This document shows, one piece after another, positions 55,501-64,000 of a DNA stretch of 64,000 nt. The stretch comes from Balanoglossus misakiensis. Taxonomy: Eukaryota; Animalia; Hemichordata. The translations under genes and the position numbers were made by a program. Numbering within the stretch: position 1 is the first letter of the stretch; every line of letters starts with the position of its first letter. Under the pieces are notes generated by a model. It did not search any database. It worked only from the letters and a program-made list of their open reading frames with translations, and had not been told where the DNA came from. The DNA lies in contig CM082587.2 in the NCBI GenBank assembly GCA_040954595.2, positions 1,579,000 to 1,642,999 of the forward strand, read 5' to 3'.

Positions 55501-55552
55501 ATCATCATCATCATCATCATCATCATGATCATCATCATCATCATCATCATCA
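55501..55552. repeat. (CAT)n microsatellite in the MED22 5' intron
   Basis: Visible atcatcatc run. Confidence 0.92.
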
Positions 55553-55894
55553 CAATCAGAGTGCTCAATTCACTTCTCCACCTCAGAGTTCAACTGTCGG
55601 AGGCCAAGGGCTGTGACAGTGTGAATCCGAAGGCTGATCTTCAGTAGAATTTTTTTACTGAGCTGATCTTTGGCCATCATATTATTAGTTTACACTGGAA
55701 ATAATGCGAGGGGTGATTCACATCGACACATGTGTATGATGTGCTGTGCAGTGTTGAAAAACACGGTCGTACAACTAAGCCAAGAAAGGGCGATGCCGAA
55801 CCACACGCACCACAGTCAATGTACTAAGAGACTTAACAAAACGCCGTAAATCCAATTGGTATTTGCGCAAGTTTTGCCATACAATCAGGGTTCC

Positions 55895-56021
55895 TACCTG
55901 GCGAGTTTTCAGACCCGGAAGTTCATGCGCGCAGCCATATGCAATCCCACAATTCAATGTAACATCCCGCAAAATCTCGCCAAGCGCGGTATGAGAACGG
56001 CCTCTTTTCGTGGCTGCCAAG
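55895..56021. promoter_or_regulatory. Bidirectional MED22/RPL7A promoter with TCT/5'TOP initiator
   Basis: CpG-rich; ETS-type CCGGAAGT at ~55915; TGCGCGCA; pyrimidine tract CCTCTTTTC at 56001 just upstream of the RPL7A ATG; minus-strand donor for a MED22 non-coding exon at ~55898. Confidence 0.75.
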
Positions 56022-58190
56022 ATGGTGGGTACAGTGCTACGCTGACCAAAGGAATTATATCGAGGAAAATCGGTCGCATCCTCGAGCTCAATATTTTTGT
56101 ATTCGTGTAGTTCAATAAATAAGAATATAAATGATATATTTCAGTTACAATTAGAATGTTTTAAACTCAGTAAATGGCTTATCTGGCTCTATGTTGATGA
56201 TGTTATTGATGTCAAGTTACACATGTACCTTTCAGTCTGTGGTGGAATGATACCCATGTTGCAGACTAGACTTTGACTAACGATCATAATTTCGTTCGGG
56301 AGATGTGTTAGGACCCTTCTATAACATCAGTTTCGATTTATGTTTTGTTTGCGCAGCCTAAAGTCAAGAAGACGACTAAGGGGAAGAAGGTAGCCCCGGC
56401 CCCCTATGCTGCCAAAACAGCAGCACCAAAAAAAGTGGTCAACCCACTTTTTGAGAAGAGGCCAAAGAACTTCGGTATTGGTAGGTACACTGTCTACTTT
56501 ATATTCTAGTGACTATTGTAGTTTTTCTTCTAGCAAATAAGGTATTGTCTCCTGGGATCCAGAATCTAAAAAGTTCACCAGTAATAGAGTATGTTGTCAA
56601 TGTCTCCATGGAGGTACTAGGTCTCCAAGTATATTGGCTGTATCTGGAATCTAATTGCAATTGATCACTGTAGCAATTACCCTTTTCAACCACCTTACCA
56701 GGTCAGGACGTTCAACCTAAGAGGGATCTGACAAGATATGTGAAGTGGCCTAAATATGTGCGTTTGCAACGTCAGAGAGCAGTTCTGTACAAGAGACTGA
56801 AAGTGCCCCCAGCAATCAACCAGTTCACCCAGACTTTGGATAGGCAAACAGGTAAAGTGGTCTGTCACAGTTTGCAGTGTGCTGAAATATACGCATGTCC
56901 AACAGGTGCATATTTCAGCACAGTCTTCTGCAAAGTTTCTCTCTTGCCCTGCCAGCATAATACTTCAAACACATTGCCTATGATGAGTATTGATATTTGC
57001 TAGTTGAAAACACTGTGATATCAACAATATACACTACCAAAAATTTTACCTGAGGCACAAACTAACACAAATGTAGCCAATCTTGTGAAGTGAAAATAGC
57101 CTCATAAAAAGATGTTTCTTTGCTGAACTGTAAAAAGTGTTGATTTTTATATTTCAGCCACCCAGCTTTTTAAACTACTGAATAGATATCGACCAGAGAC
57201 AAAACAAGAAAAGAATGCTCGTCTCAAAGCCAGGGCAGAAGAAAGAACAAAGGGAAAAGATGATGTACCAACAAAGAGACCCCCAGTGGCTAGATCCGGC
57301 GTCAACACAGTCACAGCACTTGTAGAAAGCAAAAAGGCACAACTGGTTGTCATTGCTCATGATGTTGACCCCATTGAGGTAAATCTTCACTTCATCACAT
57401 TTATAATGAAGGTACTCATTTCCAAAGATGGTACGAAATAGATATGGAAACTAATGTATCTGCCCTTTCTGCAATGATGCTTTGAATTTCTTCACCTGAA
57501 AAGTCATGTTGATCAACAATTCGAGCTTTTTAACCCTGAGCAGAAAGTGGGCATCAGGGAGGAAGGACAGGTTTCTGTATAATCTTTGTCAACTCTCTAA
57601 TATTGATTATTTTCCTACCTAGATTGTTCTCTGGTTGCCTGCTCTGTGCCGTAAGATGGGTGTGCCATACTGTATTGTGAAAGGCAAAGCAAGGCTAGGA
57701 GCAGTGGTCCATAGGAAGACCGCTACCTGCCTTGCATTCACCTCGGTCAATCCTGAAGATAAACCATCCCTCAACAAGCTCATTGAGGCAGTGAAGACCA
57801 ACTACAATGAAAGATACGATGAGGTAAAGCATAAAGAGACTCGCTATATACTATGGCATTATTCTGGCTACTTTGTTTTGCACAGTTCGAGGAGTTGACT
57901 ATAAAATCAGTATGCCCCTCTGCAATGATGGTTTGAATTTCTTCACCTGAAAAGGCCATGTTGAACAACAATTCGAGCTTTTTAACACTGAGCAGTATTA
58001 CTATAAAGGGCATCCCTTGATGGTAGATCCTTCCAATCTCGTCAACACGGTCAGAGTTTACATTTCATGTCATTTGTCTTTTCAGATCCGTCGTCACTGG
58101 GGTGGTGGAATCATGGGTGCAAAATCCCAGGCACGAGTTGCCAAGCGAGAGAGAGCAAAGGAGAAGGAATTGGCAAGCAAGATGGGATAA
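56022..58190 (+). CDS. RPL7A: 60S ribosomal protein L7a (eL8, Surfeit 3), 6 exons, 267 aa
   Basis: Exons 56022-56024 (ATG), 56357-56480 ([14 protein letters not shown]), 56702-56851 ([16 protein letters not shown]...VPPAINQF), 57158-57378 ([16 protein letters not shown]), 57623-57823 ([22 protein letters not shown]) and 58086-58190 (RRHWGGG). Confidence 0.98.
56975..57057 (+). ncRNA. SNORD24: Box C/D snoRNA, SNORD24-like (degenerate D guide) in RPL7A intron 3
   Basis: Stem TGCC/GGCA; C ATGATGA 56980; D' guide GATATTTGCTAG-TTGA (U24 D' register); D CTGA 57050 preceded by decayed CTACCAAAAATTTTAC. Vertebrate RPL7A hosts U24. Confidence 0.8.
57467..57545 (+). ncRNA. SNORD36: Box C/D snoRNA SNORD36 (snR47) copy A, RPL7A intron 4
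   Basis: Stem TTCTGC/GCAGAA; C ATGATGC; D' guide TTGAATTTCTTCAC-CTGA; D guide CGAGCTTTTTAACC-CTGA. Confidence 0.92.
57920..57995 (+). ncRNA. SNORD36: Box C/D snoRNA SNORD36 (snR47) copy B, RPL7A intron 5
   Basis: Near-identical paralog of copy A with the same two guides; stem CTGC/GCAG. Confidence 0.92.
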
Positions 58191-58736
58191 AAACTGGACA
58201 CTGGCACATAAAAGCATGAAACATACTGCTGTGTAATTACCATTCAAATAAAAAATATGAACAGGAAGTCTGTTAGCGACTTTAATATTAACGTGTTTTT
58301 TGATTATTTTTCCCCTGAGCAAGTGTGTTTACTAGTGGATGGATGAATGAATGGAGAATTTACAGGTGAAGTAATTCCTCAGTAACAGTCATGCAGGAGA
58401 ATTTTATAAAACTACCTAAATTGTGTTTAATGTCAAATGCAATGAGCATTTCATTACTGGAGGGAAAACTTCCAAAAGACTACTATTAATCACCCTTCGG
58501 GTAGAAACTGCAATTGATGGTCTCATAACACGAATTGTCAGGGTGCCTTGGAGTGCTGCAACCTATGAGGATGGGCCTTCTGAGGAACTGCACACTGCTG
58601 GGAAGTTGCTGGTCTCACACTTGAAAGTTTCAGCCTATGTCAGCCTGTCATCATCTGGCTCTAACTGAGGCTTTACAAATTGCAGTGTGGGATACATCAG
58701 GCCTTACACGATGTAACTCGCATAGCCAGACACACA

Positions 58737-60856
58737 TTACACAACTGGCCTGATTGGTTTCTTCTTCTTGTACACAGCGTAATACCACATGACAGTGGTG
58801 ATCACACACAGACTGTACCTGAAAGCAAAAAAGTTCTCAGTATCAGAGACTATTTTATAAGGGTGATGCCCTGCTGAACTTTGCTGAAGATTCCCCATAG
58901 AATATCAATACAATACATCATGAAATTCTCACCATCAAAACACTGAATTTTCATGTACACATACATACCATGTGATAAGATACTGCATGTGTTCATTTCT
59001 TAGAGTAACTCTTGTTTGGCCACCATATGGTCCTCCTGGAACCGTACTTTCTGAAATCATAAAGCCATACACAATGAGATATGGTTTACCATTACAAAGA
59101 AATATAGCTGTCTGGTTGGTTGGTTGGTTGGTTTTCAAAGTCCAAAATCAATTGTTTTCGTCAAAAGAAAAAAATAAACTTAGGAGCAAAAACACTCACT
59201 GAGATCGGCATCAACAAGTATTGGCTCAGTGCCGGCATATTTCGCCATGGCTGGAATATCCCGATATGTCCACCGATTTTTATTTTTGTCGTTATCTGGA
59301 GAAAACGGGACCCTCTGTGAAAATGGAAAACAGTGTAGTAAGAATAGTGACATCAATTTGTCAGCAGTGCTCCCAGTAGTTTGGATGTGTTCATTGCCAG
59401 AAATGCATCATGCCCCCCTGCAAAGTTTGCCAACAGCCATTCATGCTTTCTTTAGATCACCAATCAGGAGCAGCAAACTGAAAGTGAAAACAAGTTCAAG
59501 TATTCTTACCTTCTCTGAACCTCTAATAACAGCCACCATTTCAACTTCTCCTTTGATCTTTAAAAAGAAAATATTTCAGATTGTATTTTCATGTGGCCAA
59601 AATAGTGAATGTTGGCATTTTGTGGGAGAATCTTACTTGGATGAAGACAACAACTGTATGACTGAATTAACACAGCCTGATGTCACTTACCTGTCCTTCG
59701 GGGCGAGTTGCTGGATCAATTTTATTTCTGGGCACCCATCCACGATTTACTAAAATAGTAATACTGCAGGCAATGACAAAATGAAAGAGAATGAATATTA
59801 AAATATTATGCATGCTCAAGGGAAGACAATTAAAATTCCAAAAGTTTTGTGTAGGAACACTTCATCACCATTTCAATAGTTCATCCTGCAATACCTACCC
59901 CAAATCTGTACAGCGGAAAGGAGTGATAACCCAAGCTCCTGATTGGCTAGCTGTTGAAATGAGACCACCCCCAGCTCCTTCGCTGTTACCTTGCTGATAC
60001 AATGAGCGTGGTGTCATGTACACCTCTCTTGAATGGTCAAACTCTCCTCGGATCTTTACTGGTCTATATTCCAGTTTTGCAAGTTCATCAGGACTGAAAA
60101 GTTGACAAAACACAATTTGACATGTCTTTATATGTATAATAGTAATTCTCTCCCATAATGCTACGCTGAATGACCCATCAATGCCACATTGTACATTACC
60201 AATAGCTCATTTCATGGAATATACGCTAGTCACAATCCCACCAGATTTCCCAAGTATCATAAATACTTACTCGGTTGGTAATTCAATGGGTTCTGACTGG
60301 GTTCTCACACTCATATCATGAATTAATCCCAGCTTCCATTTTCTTCGCTGCACCTGCCAAGTTCCAAGACAGAACGTCGTGACTGGGATGATCAGCAAAG
60401 CATTGCCAAACCCAGTCCTGCCGGCTTCCTCTGCAGTTTTAGTTGCCGTTTGGGTGAAATGTCTGTTGGCCCCAAGTGGTGACCCTTGGTACCTATTGCA
60501 CACCTGTAAAAATTATAAAGACTGATTTGTTAGCTTGGCTTCCTGGCCACATATTTTTGTTTCCAAACTTTTTCTAAATTTCCAAAACTTTATCACTGCA
60601 GTTTAGCCAGTCAAACACTCATCATCATGACATCACCATGTTGACAGCATACGTACAGAACTTTAACTTTTGATTTTTCACTTTCGAATAACTCCAAGGT
60701 CAAAACTCCAAGGAAATGATACCACTGCACTGATACTAGTAGTTCGGATAGGTGCAGCACCCCCCTCCCCCCCTGCTTACGCAACATCAACAACACGCTA
60801 ATTACCTTTGCGGTCGTAGTTTTTAGCCAAGTAAATATTCTTCCACGAAAAGCCAT
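58737..60856 (-). CDS. SURF1: Surfeit locus protein 1 (cytochrome c oxidase assembly factor), ~8 exons
   Basis: Mitochondrial-targeting-like [13 protein letters not shown]; [23 protein letters not shown]; [17 protein letters not shown]; GAWVITPF; ILVNRGWVP; [26 protein letters not shown]. Stop at 58737. Confidence 0.96.
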
Positions 60857-61021
60857 TGTGTAGTTGTACACATCGGCCACATCAAACTACTGTCCTTTTG
60901 ATGACACTGCCTTACAATCTACGTGCAACTCGGTCTGTATGTACGAGGCACATAATGTTTTCCTTTGAACAACCTTTGACCAGGAAGCACTTATTGCATT
61001 GTGGGTAATCGAGTTCCAATC

Positions 61022-61914
61022 ATGGCGCCTGGTCAACGTGAGTTAGAGGGTTTACAGAAACAACTTCAGGAGGAGCTTGATAAGTTGAAAAATGTACAGA
61101 AAGGTAGGACGCGAATTTCGGGACCGGTAAACATTCATGCGTGGAATTCAAATGATGCTTCAGCAGTCGGACGTATGAATAACACTTGTGAACATTCTCT
61201 ACTTCTGTACTAGACAGACTGACAAATCTTACCTGAGTTGAAATTAATCATAATGTTTCATTTCTGGGAAATGTGACATCACTAGTATAGTTTTGCAATT
61301 TGATACGCATAACAGTGTTTGGTAGAACATTTATGTATGCATTACAGTATTGACACCTGCTTATTTTAATTGGTCTTTTTCAGATTATCAAAAGTCCCTT
61401 TCAAATAGACAAAAACTAGAATCTCAAAAGAATGAGAACAAAATGGTAGAAGAGGTAAGTGTGTTTCAAAACCAAACAGATATGATAAGTTTCACCTTTG
61501 GTTTTTGAAAGGTTATCATGTAACCCATTACTTTACGTTCAATTTTCTCCCACTTTTCACTCCAGGAGCTAAATCGACTAGATAGTGGTGCAGATGTCTA
61601 CAAAATGCTGGGTCCGGTGTTGATCAAACAAGATTTAGAAGAAGCAAAACAGAATGTAGGCAAAAGAATGGAATATATTACTGGGGAATTGTAAGTATAT
61701 AGCCAAGTGCTCTCTCTCGAGCAAAGGGATGTTGCAGAATTTTAACTTAGTCGAAGTAATTTAAAAGCTGAACCATTACTAATGTGCATTTTTCTTATTT
61801 TGCAGGAAAAGAACAGACAACATGATTAAGGACTTAGAGAAAAGACAAGAATCACACAGAGAAGCTTTAGGGAAAATACAACAGAAATTCCAACAAGCCC
61901 AAACCAAGAAGTAG
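61022..61914 (+). CDS. PFDN6: Prefoldin subunit 6 (KE2), 4 exons
   Basis: Exons 61022-61103, 61384-61454 (RQKLESQKNENKMVEE), 61566-61690 (VYKMLGPVLIKQDLEEAKQNVGKRMEYITGE) and 61806-61914. Confidence 0.95.
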
Positions 61915-62436
61915 ATGCACCCTCTTAGAACTACCTTTTAGACAAAAATATTTAAGTTATGTTTTTGAAACTGTGATAGCTTAGGCATAGATGATCAGAT
62001 GTAAACAAAAATCAACTTCAATTACACAAAAAGTAGATAAATGAAAAAAATGTAAAATTCAAACAGTGTCGTCTCTTCACATGTGTTTGCTTCTGTGTAT
62101 TCTTAGTATTTCTATTTCAGTTTTCTCGCCCTCAATTATTCAGTGTTTAAGAATCCTAATAGGTGAATTTTAGTTCCATGGTACATTTTGTCACAGATTA
62201 TTAGCATAAATATGTATCAACAGGGACAGCTGAATGTCAGAAAGAATCTTACCAATTCTGGAGCTGAGGGGATAAATTAGAAGATGTTCTTTTCTGTACT
62301 TTTTGTATAAATGCCCCAATGTTTGTCAAGCTTTTTTTACTTCAACTTTTAAAGGGTTAACTTTGCTTTCATAAGTGGATTTGAATAAAAGCATTGAAAT
62401 TCATAAAAACAAGGTTGGTTGTGTTTTTATTAGATT

Positions 62437-62744
62437 TATCGAAAATTAACGTTCAAAATATATAGGCCTACTCGTGCAGAAATCGGTCATTTGCATCGAA
62501 TGTAGATGATTGATTTACACTGAAACAAACACATTTTGCTGGTGTTTCTGGGACCGCTTTATTTTCCGACCCTTTTTTCGATGTTTTCTTTTCTCGATAA
62601 AAATTACCAAAGGCTATGTATGTTAACTCCAATATATAAGGTGTTAGGCAACTATATCGAAAATGACCGTTCTATTATACTTGTGTGCAGAAATCGGTCA
62701 TTTGCATCGTTGTTTGATTTCACACTGAAACAAACATATTTTGC
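62437..62744. repeat. Imperfect direct repeat (~90-100 bp unit) upstream of the kinase gene
   Basis: GTGCAGAAATCGGTCATTTGCATCG...ACACTGAAACAAACA..TTTTGC occurs at 62474-62539 and 62685-62744, each preceded by TATCGAAAAT. Confidence 0.85.
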
Positions 62745-62818
62745 GGGCCTAATATAACGAGTGCGCATGCGTGGACCAATGTTGTCAAGCGTTGCTAGCA
62801 AGCGACCTGTCAGCTGCA

Positions 62819-63659
62819 ATGGAGAACTACAAGGTAAGTTCGTCGAATATCGAGTCTTATGTGTCGTGAATAGTTGCGAAGTCTATTTCTGATATTTACT
62901 GATGATTGCTCAAACTAACTGTCGACTCATCGCTTCCGATTTCAGATCAAGCAACGGCTGGGAAAAGGCGCCCAAGGTAAGGAAATCACAAGAAGTTCAT
63001 GTACCATACGTACATGTACATATGCACCAGACTATTTATTTTTCACAAGCATCAGTGAAACACCAGTGTCATATTCTGAATTGATTCCCGTATTTTTTCA
63101 CAGGGGCTGTTTTCCTCGTAGAAGACAGGAACGATAAAAAGCAATATGTACTCAAAAAGGTATGTATGCTTTGGTCAAACCGCTATTATTATGCCAACTG
63201 AAAATTGCCATCTTCGTTCATGCTTGAATCACGTCGAAGCCCCCCCCCCCCCCCCCCCCATGACATGTTGTGTACCGAAAGAAAATTGTTATGTAATTCA
63301 TTGATTAAATAGCTACAGGTGCATGTGAAGGACGCTACCTTCATTGCAAAGTAATTTAGATTACATATATATTTTAAACATCTGTATATAACCATTATTA
63401 TCAAATTATTATAATTATATAAAACTATTGAAAGAATAGTTTATAGCCTGTTATACATAGTGACAACTTTGTTACCTGTTTTACATTTCACTTAAGTTAG
63501 TGTACGCATGACAATAAATTCTTTTACCCCTGCCATTGTGTTTAGAGATGGTCGTGTAACCCTTCTTACTTTGGTTTTGTCATGTTAATTTTTTCCTTGC
63601 ATTTCTGTATACAGGTTGAGTGTAATGATGAAGGTGATGCAAATAAAGCATTCAAAGAG
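62819..63659 (+). CDS. STKLD1: Ser/Thr kinase-like domain protein, STKLD1-like; 5' partial, continues beyond the window
   Basis: Micro-exons 62819-62833, 62946-62976, 63104-63159 and 63615-63659 splice to MENYKIKQRLGKGAQGAVFLVEDRNDKKQYVLKKVECNDEGDANKAFKE (kinase subdomains I-III). The VEC.D..A..A..E pattern resembles STKLD1, which neighbours the Surfeit cluster in vertebrates. Confidence 0.72.
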
Positions 63660-64000
63660 GTGAGCTATTTGTTTTTGAAATAAGAAAACTACAATAACTA
63701 ACCAATCCCGTGTATTTACAATCATGAATGTTGTCTAATGATGTCATGAATACATACACAAACACTTTTTTCTAACATTCGACTTGGGTATAGAACACAG
63801 AACAACTGCTGTGTTCCCTTATCATATCCTACAGCATAGACTCTGGAGAAATATTTCTCCAGGGCCTATGGTTACAGGAACATTGTGTAGATATTATAAT
63901 TTCCAATACTGCAGAGAGATACAGAGTTCTGATAACCTCCCCAAATAATGTACAATGTTCTGCGTTGGTAATACAAATATTAGCTTTCTACCAAAATGAA

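Noticed and set aside
56230-56660. Hairpins in RPL7A introns 1-2 as H/ACA snoRNAs
   Set aside because: Stems are present, but I found no convincing H box plus ACA at the correct spacing.
59229-59753. 174-aa + strand ORF
   Set aside because: It is antisense to SURF1 exons and introns and has no recognisable domain.

Overview
Eukaryotic (animal) genomic DNA, AT-rich, with GT-AG introns. Gene content suggests an invertebrate deuterostome (inference). The left half (1-33 kb) is mostly intronic or intergenic. It holds a spliced minus-strand gene for an unrecognised signal-peptide protein (~9.9/12.0-16.2 kb) and isolated candidate first exons. The right half is a dense cluster: ChaC-like gamma-glutamylcyclotransferase, intronless cytosolic sulfotransferase, PPAN, HSPA5/BiP (ERSE promoter), SMYD3, the Surfeit core MED22-RPL7A-SURF1, PFDN6 and the 5' end of an STKLD1-like kinase. 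The main finding is invisible in the ORF track: a spliced non-coding + strand transcript at ~46.9-51.3 kb, divergent from HSPA5. It carries about 12 intronic box C/D snoRNAs, about one per intron, whose guides match the vertebrate GAS5 set (U74, U76/U24, U80, U44, U47 x2, U79, U81) plus several orphan guides, so it is a probable invertebrate GAS5 ortholog. RPL7A introns carry a U24-like and two U36 snoRNAs. The human orthologs of these genes lie on 1q, 6p21.3, 9q33-34 and 19p13, which suggests an unduplicated proto-MHC paralogon segment. Family assignments come from my recall of known sequences and need Rfam/BLAST confirmation.
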